Below are positions 35,411 through 44,795 of a stretch of DNA of 45,167 bases, one piece after another (position 1 is the stretch's first letter; each line of letters begins with the position of its first letter). The stretch comes from Coriobacteriia bacterium. Its GTDB lineage: Bacteria; Actinomycetota; Coriobacteriia; Anaerosomatales; SLCP01. The stretch covers positions 1 through 45,167 of the forward strand of contig JAVEVF010000001.1 in the NCBI GenBank assembly GCA_034005175.1, read 5' to 3'. Position numbers and translations under genes: made by a program. Under the pieces are notes generated by a model that worked only from the letters and a program-made list of their open reading frames with translations, did no database searches and had not been told where the DNA came from.

Positions 35411-37708
35411 ATGGTGAATCAGCCCTCTATGCAAACCAAACCCGAGGAGACGACTACCTCGCGACGCGGAGCGATGGAGCTGTTCGTCGGATCGGCAGGT
35501 CGTCTCCTCGTCAGCGGATTGGGCGCCATCGTTATCGCGGCTCTTGTCGGCCCATCCCACAAAGGAACCCTTGCCACGCTGGCAGCAGTCTCATGGATGG
35601 TCTCGGTCATTCTCGGCATGGGTATGGACGGAACCGTGCGCTACTATTTGGCCACCCGAGACTGGACGGTACAGCAGACGAACACGGTGATTGTCGGGGC
35701 GACGTCCCTGACGGCGCTGATCGCCTTCGCCGGATTCAAGGCCTTTGCAATCCTCATGCCGAATAGCATCCTCGCGGATCTCACCACCACTCAGCTCACC
35801 ATAGCCACCGCTACGAGCCTCCTTGGCCGTCTCACTGGACCGGCCCTGGTCGCGATACGCAGGTTCAGCTTCTACGCGAAGTTGGCTCTCGTGGCGGCAT
35901 TTGTGAACCCCGCTGCATTCCTCCTGCTCAGACTCGCTGGAGTAAGCCCCCTCCAGTCCGCCTTGTGGGGTTATCTCAGTGCCGATATCGCCCTTGCCCT
36001 CCCAGGGGCTTTTCGCCTCCTCGCAATCGCAGGGTGGCGGTTCAGCCGTCCGACTGACCTGCGTGGCGCCGTATGGTACAGCCTGCGCTCCTTTGGAACG
36101 AACCTGTTCAGCATGGCGAATCTACGCCTGGATGTGGTGCTGTTGCGCTCGCTTTCCACCACCGCCGCCACGGGTGCGTACTCGTTAGCAGCGCAGTTCT
36201 CCGAGGTCGTGTGGCTGGTGCCAAGCTCCGTAGGCGTGGCCTCGTTTCCTGAGATTGCTGAGAAAGGTCACGACGACGGCCAGTGGACCGCGCGCAACTC
36301 ACGCCTCGTGACTGCGCTCAGTACGCTCGCTGCCATCCTGGCGGGGGCAGCTGCGTCTGTGCTCATCGTGTTCTTCATGCCCGCGTATCGCAGCGGTCTG
36401 TCCGCATTGTGGCTCTTGATGCCCGGCACGATCGCAGTCTCCATATCGCAGATCCTGTTGCACGACCTCAACGCGCGAGGGCTTCCTGAGGCAAACACCC
36501 TCGGCGCTGCAGCGGCCCTCGTCGTCACGATCGCAGGAGGGCTCCTCCTCATCCCACCATTTGGACTGGTAGGCGCCGCGATCGTCTCGAGCATTGCCTA
36601 CAGCGTGAATGCGAGTGTCCTCGCAGCATACTTCGTAAAGACCACCTCTTGCCCGGTCAGACTCCTCCTGCCCGGATTCAAGGATCTGTGGGGGGCATTT
36701 GCGCTTGCGCTAAGGGTGGTGCGCGAATTCATGGGGAGCAAGTCTTCCGAAACGACACCAAGTGCGCCCTCGGATGCTGCACGATCTTGCAGGATGACAC
36801 CTTCATCGATGCGGCGGCGGCAGTTTGCATTCCTTCGCTGGTCGGGACTCCCCCTGCTCATGCGCGAGATCGTCCAACGCCGGCGCGTGACGATCATCAA
36901 CTACCACGAGGTCGGCCCTCAGCTGCTCGACCGGCATCTTTCAATCCTGGGCGCACGATACAACTTCATCACACTCGAAGAGTACGTAGCAGCCATGCAT
37001 GACAGCACACCTAGATCGCTGCCCCCGAAATCACTTGTCATCACCATCGATGACGGCCACAAGTCCGTGACCGGACTTGCTGATGTCTTTCGCAAACATG
37101 GTGTTCGACCCACGGTGTTCTTGTGCAGTGGTCTGATCGATACCACCCGCCGGTTCTGGTGGACGATGGTACCCGACTACAGCGAGGTTGAGCGACTCAA
37201 GGACCTGTCCAACGCCGAACGACTCGAGGCCCTCACATCATGGGGCTTCTCTGAGACCCAAGAGTACGCGGAGCGCACGTCAATCAACTGTGAAGAGATC
37301 GCGTCCACACGAGACGTGTTCGACTTCCAGGCACACTCAGTCTTTCATCCCATGCTGACGACGTGTGCTGATGAGTGCTGCCAGCGGGAGATCTACGAAT
37401 CCAAGACCGATCTTCAGCAGCTTTGCGATCTTGACGTCTGGGCATTCGCGTATCCCGGGGGCTCGTACGCTGACCGTGAGGCCGACTACGTGCGGAATGC
37501 AGGGTATGCGTGTGCTGTGACATGCGATGCTGGATTCAACGATCTCGACACCGATCCCTTTCGTCTCAGGCGGGTAGGAATGGGCGCTTGGGAAGGTGCC
37601 TGCGCGGAGACGGAGCACGACCATCTCTTAATCGACAAGAATGAGATCATTGCACGCGCATCAGGGGTCCCTGCCCTGCTCGCGCAGATGGTGTCAGAGC
37701 GCCAGTGA
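35411..37708 (+). CDS. fusion protein: Wzx-type oligosaccharide flippase (MOP superfamily, about 440 aa) plus NodB-type polysaccharide deacetylase (about 300 aa)
   Basis: The N-terminal half is polytopic with about 12 hydrophobic helices of Polysacc_synt type. The C-terminal half has VITIDDGHKSV (the TFDDG-type motif), HSVFHP and YPGGSY, typical of polysaccharide deacetylases. It is a single uninterrupted ORF. Confidence 0.8.
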   Translation: MVNQPSMQTKPEETTTSRRGAMELFVGSAGRLLVSGLGAIVIAALVGPSHKGTLATLAAVSWMVSVILGMGMDGTVRYYLATRDWTVQQTNTVIVGATSLTALIAFAGFKAFAILMPNSILADLTTTQLTIATATSLLGRLTGPALVAIRRFSFYAKLALVAAFVNPAAFLLLRLAGVSPLQSALWGYLSADIALALPGAFRLLAIAGWRFSRPTDLRGAVWYSLRSFGTNLFSMANLRLDVVLLRSLSTTAATGAYSLAAQFSEVVWLVPSSVGVASFPEIAEKGHDDGQWTARNSRLVTALSTLAAILAGAAASVLIVFFMPAYRSGLSALWLLMPGTIAVSISQILLHDLNARGLPEANTLGAAAALVVTIAGGLLLIPPFGLVGAAIVSSIAYSVNASVLAAYFVKTTSCPVRLLLPGFKDLWGAFALALRVVREFMGSKSSETTPSAPSDAARSCRMTPSSMRRRQFAFLRWSGLPLLMREIVQRRRVTIINYHEVGPQLLDRHLSILGARYNFITLEEYVAAMHDSTPRSLPPKSLVITIDDGHKSVTGLADVFRKHGVRPTVFLCSGLIDTTRRFWWTMVPDYSEVERLKDLSNAERLEALTSWGFSETQEYAERTSINCEEIASTRDVFDFQAHSVFHPMLTTCADECCQREIYESKTDLQQLCDLDVWAFAYPGGSYADREADYVRNAGYACAVTCDAGFNDLDTDPFRLRRVGMGAWEGACAETEHDHLLIDKNEIIARASGVPALLAQMVSERQ

Positions 37709-37733
37709 TGACTCTCCGTGCGCCGTCTGAGGG

Positions 37734-38399
37734 CTAATCGCGCTCCTCGGCAATGTGAGAGAAGATGCGACTGTCCTCCTGCGCCGTCTCGGTGAGCGGA
37801 CGCATGTTCTCGTCGATCAGCCGCTCTCCTTCGAACCTGAATGTAGTGAGGGTGAGGTTAGGCAACCTGTGCGCCATCGCCTCACGCCATGTCTCACCGC
37901 GCAAGAACCCATGCAGCTGCAGCAGGAACACCTCATGTGATGCAACCAGCACCCGACGTCCACGGTGCTCGCTCCAGAGGTACTGCATGAACTCCTCGGC
38001 GCGCTTTCTCAGGGCGGGAAAGGTCTCCCCTCCAGGCGGGTTCAGCGAGTGGAAGTCCCCCGCTATCTTGAAGTAGCGGATGACGGGTCGCACATCTTCG
38101 ACCTCGTCAGAAGTGAGACCTTGCATCGCACCGTAATCGCGCTCGACACACAGATCACAAGGAACGATCCGCCCCGCGGGGCCTACGAGCAACCGTGCGG
38201 TATCCAAAGCGCGCCTGAGCGGTGAACTCACCGTGACATCGATGGCCTCGTGCAGGCTGTGCGCCGCATCGAGCGCGTCTTGCGCTCCCTTCTCGTTCAA
38301 GGGCACATCAATCGACCCCGCGTAGCGGCGTTGCATGTTGAAGTCGGTCTGCCCGTGCCTGACCGTCATCACCACGGTCTCGCTATCCACGGCCCACAC
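37734..38399 (-). CDS. histidine phosphatase superfamily protein (cofactor-dependent phosphoglycerate-mutase-like)
   Basis: VMTVRHGQTDFN (RHG motif), SSPLRRA, ERDYGAMQG and ASHEV. The start is uncertain: GTG 38399 overlaps the upstream gene by 17 nt, and ATG 38369 is an alternative. Confidence 0.85.
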   Translation of the reverse strand: MWAVDSETVVMTVRHGQTDFNMQRRYAGSIDVPLNEKGAQDALDAAHSLHEAIDVTVSSPLRRALDTARLLVGPAGRIVPCDLCVERDYGAMQGLTSDEVEDVRPVIRYFKIAGDFHSLNPPGGETFPALRKRAEEFMQYLWSEHRGRRVLVASHEVFLLQLHGFLRGETWREAMAHRLPNLTLTTFRFEGERLIDENMRPLTETAQEDSRIFSHIAEERD

Positions 38400-39606
38400 C
38401 CGCGAGGCGCAGGAGGTGGTTCAACCGCATGATGGACGAGTAATCGCTGAGCAGCGGCCCAATCTTAATGTACGGAACGCTGTACTCGCATGTCGCGTCG
38501 CAGACGTACGTCGACTCGGTGCTGATCGACCGGTGTGAGGTGATGGGAAGCAACCCACCAGCCTGTGCCGCCTCTATGGCCGCACGGGTCGCAGAGACGC
38601 TGCCCGCTTGGTTCGGCTTGATGAGCACAGCAGTGCTGTGCCCTTCTCTTGCGCCTCGCTCTATGCGAGCTGATTCCGAGACATACAGGTTGTCACCGAT
38701 GGTGATGCATCTGCCATTGCAGCGCTTGGTAATCTCCACCCAGCCCTCGAGATCCTCCTCGTGAAACGGGTCTTCAAGAAAGCCGAGCGAGTACTCCTCG
38801 ATGACCTCAAGCCAGTACGTCACAGACTCTTCTGTGGTGCGTTGAGTGCCATCAGTGATGGCGAACACGTAGCCCTCAGAGGTTCGCAGGTCGGTCGCCG
38901 AAGCATCAATCATGAGGTCATAGTCCTTGCGCAAGCCCAGCTCCTCAAGCACCTCTGCAAGAAACGCGAGGGGCGCGTGCGCAGTCCTCGGGCCGACGAT
39001 GCTCACCGGATTGCCATTCACCACGCTCTTCTCGCACATGAGCAAGCGTTGCTTGACGAGCTCTTGCACTTGCCCATGCTCCGCGACGGTCTTCATGAGA
39101 TCATCACTCTTGGGGACAATGATGAACTCCTGAAAGTCGCTCAGCACAGGATTCGTGTATGCGTGTGAGCCGCCGTTCAATACATTCATGCACAGCCGTG
39201 GGAGCTTGCAGCCCTCGGGCATCTTCAAGAGTCCGGCTTCGCGCCAAGCATCGAAATAGGCGGCTGAGAGCGCAAAACACGTGTTCTTGCCAAAATGACC
39301 GGCGCGTTTGGCAATGAGCTTATCGAAACCGGCCTGCGTGGCGACATCCGCAAGCTCGCCATCGGCACGCATCGAGTCCACCACCACACGGGGATCCACC
39401 GGTAAACCGTGGTCCTCATGGATGCCGATCGTCTCCCCTCGCGAGGTCGAACCGATGCCGCAAGCTCCGTCTTGCAGTTCGATGATGAACTCGACTGTTC
39501 GCCCCATGTGCGAATCGAAGATCGTGCGGTATCCGATCGAGTGGACTCCTGTTCCCTGCATAGCCCCGCCTCTGTGTCCGCCTTCTGCAGTGTGCGACAG
39601 TGTCAC
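38383..39606 (-). CDS. divergent enolase-family paralogue
   Basis: By-eye alignment to enolase: IGYRTIFDSHMGRTVEFIIEL (compare IIDSRGNPTVE), MNVLNGGSHA, QEFIIVP, IDASATD, LEDPFHEED, IGDNLYVS, LIKPNQAGS, TSHRSISTES and YIKIGP. The start may be ATG 39561 (MQGTGVHSIGY) rather than GTG 39606. Confidence 0.8.
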   Translation of the reverse strand: MTLSHTAEGGHRGGAMQGTGVHSIGYRTIFDSHMGRTVEFIIELQDGACGIGSTSRGETIGIHEDHGLPVDPRVVVDSMRADGELADVATQAGFDKLIAKRAGHFGKNTCFALSAAYFDAWREAGLLKMPEGCKLPRLCMNVLNGGSHAYTNPVLSDFQEFIIVPKSDDLMKTVAEHGQVQELVKQRLLMCEKSVVNGNPVSIVGPRTAHAPLAFLAEVLEELGLRKDYDLMIDASATDLRTSEGYVFAITDGTQRTTEESVTYWLEVIEEYSLGFLEDPFHEEDLEGWVEITKRCNGRCITIGDNLYVSESARIERGAREGHSTAVLIKPNQAGSVSATRAAIEAAQAGGLLPITSHRSISTESTYVCDATCEYSVPYIKIGPLLSDYSSIMRLNHLLRLAGVGRG

Positions 39607-39700
39607 TCCCTGATTCTCGGTTCGTACCCAAGAATCACCACATTATCTTGACGGTGCCGCTTGCGAGAGAACCCCGTCTGCGAGCTCTGAGCCCATCAAG

Positions 39701-41038
39701 CTAGTCCGAGGATTCAGGCGGGTCCGAGTTGATCACGTAGCGCAGTGCCTTGCCCGAAGACGAGCGCTCCACCTGATCGGTGATGCTGAGAGTGAAATCA
39801 AAAGCATTCTGCCACTTGTCATGCTGTGACTTGAGGAACCGAGCCCCCAGAGTATCGTCATACTCCGCTCTCGGTACGACACGAAACTCCAGGCTGCCCG
39901 CTTTGTCCTGAACGATTTGCACGCCGTGGACGTAATCGAGCAGGAGCTCAAGATCGATACAGATGCCTGGCACCTTCGTTCCCATGTGTGTTGTGAGGTA
40001 CTCCTGTTCTCGGCCCTCGATGCTTTGAAGAACGCCATCTGTGATCTCGCCGAAATCTTGCGTGCGATACCGAATGAGCGGCATGACCTCGTTCCAGTAC
40101 GAGGTCCCCACGATCTCCTGTCCGCCCCAGGCGTGGGCTCGGTTCTCAGAGTGCCCATAGACAGGCTCGAGCACATACGAGATCCCCTCACCGCTCCAGC
40201 GGCCCCATGCGAGACTGCTGCGCTCGCTAAGCCCGTAGTGGAAGATGACGGGAACACCCGCGAATGCTTCCTCGGCCAGACGCAGTTGGCGCTCGGTAAC
40301 CTCCTCGGATGCCAGCAGTATGGCTTTCACGCTGGGAAGGGCGAAGCCGGACCTTCTCATGTAATCGGCAAGGTACTCGAATCCGCTCGGATATGAATGG
40401 ATGAACTCGGGAGCGAACTTTTGGAACTCGTCGCAGATGTGGACCACCCAGCGTTCGTTGAGATGGCTGGGTGAGACAAGGAGGCGGTTCCCCCACCGTG
40501 AAGATGGCTCGCGATCCAGGGGTTTTGCCCCCTCAAAGCCGATCCGAGCTATCCGTGCGTTTCTTGAATAGCCGGCCTTGCCCCAGCCGTAATGGATGAA
40601 GGCCGCCTCCGCCGATTGGTCGAAACGGCTCCGGTACAGCCTGATCGGACGCCCCGTAGACCCCCCTGTCCGCACTTGATAAAGGCGCCGGGGATTGTGT
40701 GTCTTGGCGACAAAGGCCTCGGGGTCACGCATGATGTCGTTCTTGCTCAGATAAGGAAAGCGCGTCAGTACCTCATGCGCGTTTTGCGCATCGATCTCAC
40801 CGGGCGCGACGTCAAGGTCGAGCTCCCGATAGTATGGTACTTGAGTGAGTGCGACACGAAGCACGCTCGCCAAGCGACTACCGAGAGCAAGTGAGATGTC
40901 CTCGCCGCTCTCGGCCCTCTTCAGCATCTCTTGCACCTCGAAGTAGGGTCGAGAATAGGCAAGCCGCGCTGGCAGATGGTTCATGGCCTCCAGCGCCGCC
41001 AAACGCACCCTTGGATCCTGTTTGATCTTGCTGAGCAT
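39701..41038 (-). CDS. CapK/PaaK-like adenylate-forming enzyme (phenylacetate-CoA ligase / F390 synthetase family)
   Basis: VPYYRELDLD...FPYLSKNDI...VRTGGSTGRPIRLY (the T/SGSTGxP adenylation loop). The length fits the family. The start is taken at ATG 41038; the track start is 41077. Confidence 0.75.
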   Translation of the reverse strand: MLSKIKQDPRVRLAALEAMNHLPARLAYSRPYFEVQEMLKRAESGEDISLALGSRLASVLRVALTQVPYYRELDLDVAPGEIDAQNAHEVLTRFPYLSKNDIMRDPEAFVAKTHNPRRLYQVRTGGSTGRPIRLYRSRFDQSAEAAFIHYGWGKAGYSRNARIARIGFEGAKPLDREPSSRWGNRLLVSPSHLNERWVVHICDEFQKFAPEFIHSYPSGFEYLADYMRRSGFALPSVKAILLASEEVTERQLRLAEEAFAGVPVIFHYGLSERSSLAWGRWSGEGISYVLEPVYGHSENRAHAWGGQEIVGTSYWNEVMPLIRYRTQDFGEITDGVLQSIEGREQEYLTTHMGTKVPGICIDLELLLDYVHGVQIVQDKAGSLEFRVVPRAEYDDTLGARFLKSQHDKWQNAFDFTLSITDQVERSSSGKALRYVINSDPPESSD

Positions 41039-41261
41039 CTGTCCTGCCCTTGTATCTTGTGTCCGATCGCACTGCACTTATGAGGCGGGCGATATCTGCC
41101 CCTCTACAACCTCATCGGAATACATAGCGCATCGCTTCAGTAAAAAGTGCTGGTTGCAGGGGAGAGCCTCTTGTCCACGCGTGTTCATGGGCTACTATTG
41201 GCACATCCGCATCACACAGTGCTTGGCGCCGACCGTCTCCACCCTAGACCTGCGCCAAGTC

Positions 41262-42461
41262 ATGAAACCAATGGAGCTGAGTACCTCGACTACGCCCCGT
41301 CCACAGTGGAGGATTGTCCCATATCCTGGCCTTGAGGGTCTGCAGCAGCTTCGGGAAGACTGGCAGCGGCTCACAGAACAGCTCCCCTTCCAGTCGGCGT
41401 TTCACTCGTACGCAGCCATGGAGGCGTACCTTCGCCACCTGTGCCCCAGCCCTGAGACATTCACGTGTTTTGCGCTGACAGACGGTCAGGCGATTCGCGC
41501 TATCTGTCCACTGGAACGGTCCACGCAGCGCCTCTTCGGTGCCCGTGTCACCGTGTGGAAGTTCTCTCGGCATGCCCACTGGTCGATCGCCGATGCCATC
41601 TGCCCGCAAGGCGAGGTGCGTCAATGCCTTGTGCGGCACCTGGTCAACCATCTCCGTGCGACAGAAGGGACCGCGTCGTTGCTTGAAATCGGCCCTGTTG
41701 CAGACTACTCGGCGCTCCTCGATGGACTGACTGCTCTTGGGGCACATGAGTACTGCACAGACGTCATGTGGCAATCAAGTGTCATCGACTGCCGTCAGCC
41801 ATTTGCCGAGATCGAGGCCTCGCTCACGAAGACAGCCCGGCAGAGCAGGCGCCGGGCGCACAAGCGGCTCGCAAAGCTTGACGATGTTGCCTGGGTACGG
41901 GCGAGCTCTGGAGCCGCCCTGGATGCCGAGTTCGAGTCGTTTCTCTCCGTGGAAGCATCGGGTTGGAAGGGCCCGCAGGGTACGGGAACCGCTGTCGCGT
42001 GCCATCCCGAGCTTGTCGCTTACTACCGGGATCTCATACACGCAATGGCAGAAACCGGCGATTGCGACATCTTCTCGCTGTATGCTGAGGGACGGTGCAT
42101 CGCCTCTCAGATTGACGTCAAAGGGCGGGAGGAATGCGTTGCGCTCAAGGCCGGGTATGACGAATCCTACTCGGTCGTCACGCCTGGCAAACTCGTTGAC
42201 GAGGCAATGATCGAGCACTGTTGCGGCGACGCTTCTTCCGGACGGATCAACTTCCTCACAGAAATCGAATGGCTTCGAGGATGGAACGCGACCACGGTCC
42301 CTGTTACGCAGACGCATGTGTCTATCACGCGTGTACGTGGAAGACTACTCGTCGCGCTCTTCCACCTTCAGCGACTCGTGCGTGCCGCAGCTCTACGATA
42401 CCGAGAGCGCACAGCAAGAAGAGACCAGGCGCGCGGGCGTAAGCCCGCGGGGAAGAACTGA
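41262..42461 (+). CDS. CelD/BcsL-like GNAT (Acetyltransf_6, FemAB-like fold) transferase
   Basis: LQQLREDWQRL...FQSAFHSYAAMEAY... and C-terminal FESFLSVEASGWKGPQGTG...FSLYAEGRCIASQIDV...ALKAGYDESYSVVTPGKL. The start at ATG 41262 is tentative because there is no clear RBS. The track start at 40983 overlaps the divergent gene. Confidence 0.65.
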   Translation: MKPMELSTSTTPRPQWRIVPYPGLEGLQQLREDWQRLTEQLPFQSAFHSYAAMEAYLRHLCPSPETFTCFALTDGQAIRAICPLERSTQRLFGARVTVWKFSRHAHWSIADAICPQGEVRQCLVRHLVNHLRATEGTASLLEIGPVADYSALLDGLTALGAHEYCTDVMWQSSVIDCRQPFAEIEASLTKTARQSRRRAHKRLAKLDDVAWVRASSGAALDAEFESFLSVEASGWKGPQGTGTAVACHPELVAYYRDLIHAMAETGDCDIFSLYAEGRCIASQIDVKGREECVALKAGYDESYSVVTPGKLVDEAMIEHCCGDASSGRINFLTEIEWLRGWNATTVPVTQTHVSITRVRGRLLVALFHLQRLVRAAALRYRERTARRDQARGRKPAGKN

Positions 42462-42468
42462 CATCACC

Positions 42469-43638
42469 TCAGAGGCGCTTGAGGCTCGCAAGCCCCGACG
42501 TGCGCTCCATCTTCTCAATCACTGCATCAGGCGCATATCGCCTGATGCGCGAGACCAGGAGCCGACGGACTGCGTCTCTTCCAGATGCGAGACGCCCAGC
42601 AAATGAGCGACCATAGCACGTCACCTCATGCATCTGCGCGATATTCTTCGTGAAGCGCTGCTTATACGCAGACACACCCACCCCGAGGTTGAATGCCGAA
42701 CACCCTTCATCTATCGCATTTTCGAAAGCGTAGCCGAACATCACATTTCCCACGTGATGCGGGGCCCAGGATTCGTCGTAAGCGGTCTTGTACCCGATCA
42801 TCTTGTCACGGTGTCGAGCCTGCCAGATAAAGGCTATGCGTTGCCCGTCGACGGTGAGAAAACTGAATCTGAGTTGTCCGCGTGCAAGAAACGCCTCGCT
42901 CGCTGAGCGCAGCATAGACGCGTAACGCGCAGACACCTCATATGGGTGGCTGTATCGCGTGCTCATCCCTCGTTCGAACATTCGCAGCGCATCTGCAAGC
43001 GCAACCGGTAGGTCCTCACACCGCAAGATATGCTCTACCCCAACAGCACCTGCGGATTCGAGCTCTCTGCGCCATCGCCTGATTCGACTGCGCTCCCGAC
43101 TCGACATCTGTTGCAGAAACTGCTCCCACGTCGGCGATAGCACGACCTCGGGACATGCGACGGATTCTCCGACGGTAAAGCGGCCACACAAGCCACATGA
43201 TCCCAGTTCGGCAAGGATGCTGAGGAAGGGGCTGTCTTCGTGCATCCTACGAAATGCGAACACATCCCATTCCCGCCGACTCGACATCAACCACGTGCGC
43301 AGCGCTTCAAGCGCCTCAGCTTCATGTGCGGGGTCCACCAGACAATCGAGCTGCGTGGCTCCCAGCGCGTCACCCATGAAGCCAAGATGTCGTGGACGCA
43401 AAAGACTTCCCTTGCCGTGCACATACGCAGGTAAGATGCCGACGAGCGCCCCAGTCTGAGCATCGCGGACGCACGCAATCTGCATGCGGTCGGCTTCGCC
43501 GGCGTAGCCTTTCCACCATGCTTCTAGCCACTCGTGCACCAGAAAGACGCTGGACATGCGGCTGCACTCGACAAGCCGGTTCCACTCGTCCTTGAGCCCC
43601 AGAAAACCCTCAAGCGTATCTATCAGATGTACGCGCAT
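42469..43638 (-). CDS. second CelD/BcsL-like GNAT (Acetyltransf_6, FemAB-like fold) transferase
   Basis: MRVHLIDTLEGFLGLKDEWNRLVECSRMSSVFLVHEWLEAWWKGY is a typical N-terminus for this family. The C-terminus has FSFLTVDGQRIAFIWQARHRDKMIGYKTAYDESWAPHHVGNV. Confidence 0.7.
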   Translation of the reverse strand: MRVHLIDTLEGFLGLKDEWNRLVECSRMSSVFLVHEWLEAWWKGYAGEADRMQIACVRDAQTGALVGILPAYVHGKGSLLRPRHLGFMGDALGATQLDCLVDPAHEAEALEALRTWLMSSRREWDVFAFRRMHEDSPFLSILAELGSCGLCGRFTVGESVACPEVVLSPTWEQFLQQMSSRERSRIRRWRRELESAGAVGVEHILRCEDLPVALADALRMFERGMSTRYSHPYEVSARYASMLRSASEAFLARGQLRFSFLTVDGQRIAFIWQARHRDKMIGYKTAYDESWAPHHVGNVMFGYAFENAIDEGCSAFNLGVGVSAYKQRFTKNIAQMHEVTCYGRSFAGRLASGRDAVRRLLVSRIRRYAPDAVIEKMERTSGLASLKRL

Positions 43639-43721
43639 GCAGCGATTATACTCACAGACAAGGCAACCTGTTTCCGGCCGTGCCGCGAAACTCGCGCGCC
43701 GACAAGGACGGAGTGCTATCT

Positions 43722-44795
43722 GTGAAATCGAACCGTGTTGTGCATATCGGGCCATCTGTATCGGCTCGTGGCGGTATCGCCCGAGTCATACGCGGCTTGC
43801 TTGACTCCCCGCTCGCCGAGGAATACGAGCTGACCTCGGTCAGCACCGTCTCCCAGCACACAGGGAGCGTTCGCTTGATGGCGTTTCCCCTTGCTATCGC
43901 CCGGCTTACGTGGATGTTCATCATCTCCAAGCCGGCCGCCGTCCACGTGCACACTGCATCATGGGGAAGCTTCCCCCGCAAGAGGCTCGTGGTGGGACTT
44001 GCACATCTCTTTGGCGTGCCGGTGATCTTGCACATACATGGAGGTGCTTTCGCCCGGTACCTGCAACAACGCTCCTCTCGCGAGCAGGCGGTGCGGCGCA
44101 CGCTCCAGCGGTGTTGTGTGGTGATCGCACTCTCTGAGCAGCTCAAAGAGCGCCTCCTAGCCCTCGTTCCGGATGCAGATATCCGCGTGATCCCCAATTC
44201 AGTGGATATCCCCGTGTCACCCGCCCACAACACCAGCAGCGCGCACATGATCTTCGTCGGTCGGCCAGTGTCTGAGAAGGGCATATATGAGCTTCTCGAT
44301 GCCATGAGCGGCATCGTTGAGCAGTACCCCGCTGCCACCCTCGAGATCGCTGGCAATGATGAAGGTGGGGGCCTGGCGTCAAGACTGCGGGACCTGGCAC
44401 TGGAAGGAAACGTGCGGATGTGCGGCTGGCTCGGCAGCGCGGCACTTCATGAGGCATACAGTAGGAGCTCGATATTCGTCCTACCGTCACACATCGAAGC
44501 CATGCCGGTGTCTTTGCTGGAGGCCATGTCTTACGGATTGGCATGCGTGGCGACACCAGTGGGCGCGGTTCCTGACATCATCACCGATGGTGACAACGGC
44601 ATCATCATACCTGTCAACGACTCGCGTGCACTCACAGCGGCACTCAAGACCCTGCTCGCCGATGAGCAACTGCGTTTCGACCTCGGTGAGCATGCGCGAG
44701 CAACGATTATCGCGCACTATTCGCTAGCACGCACTGCTGACCTTATCGGCGGGGTTTACGCTGTTTGTGGCGTCAAGAAAGGTCGCGCCGGGTGA
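43722..44795 (+). CDS. GT4-family (Glycos_transf_1) glycosyltransferase
   Basis: VVHIGPSVSARGGIARV at the N-terminus. The C-terminus has FVGRPVSEKG...FVLPSHIEAMPVSLLEAMSYGLACVATPVGAVPDII (the EX7E region). The start is tentatively GTG 43722 after GGAG. Confidence 0.85.
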   Translation: MKSNRVVHIGPSVSARGGIARVIRGLLDSPLAEEYELTSVSTVSQHTGSVRLMAFPLAIARLTWMFIISKPAAVHVHTASWGSFPRKRLVVGLAHLFGVPVILHIHGGAFARYLQQRSSREQAVRRTLQRCCVVIALSEQLKERLLALVPDADIRVIPNSVDIPVSPAHNTSSAHMIFVGRPVSEKGIYELLDAMSGIVEQYPAATLEIAGNDEGGGLASRLRDLALEGNVRMCGWLGSAALHEAYSRSSIFVLPSHIEAMPVSLLEAMSYGLACVATPVGAVPDIITDGDNGIIIPVNDSRALTAALKTLLADEQLRFDLGEHARATIIAHYSLARTADLIGGVYAVCGVKKGRAG

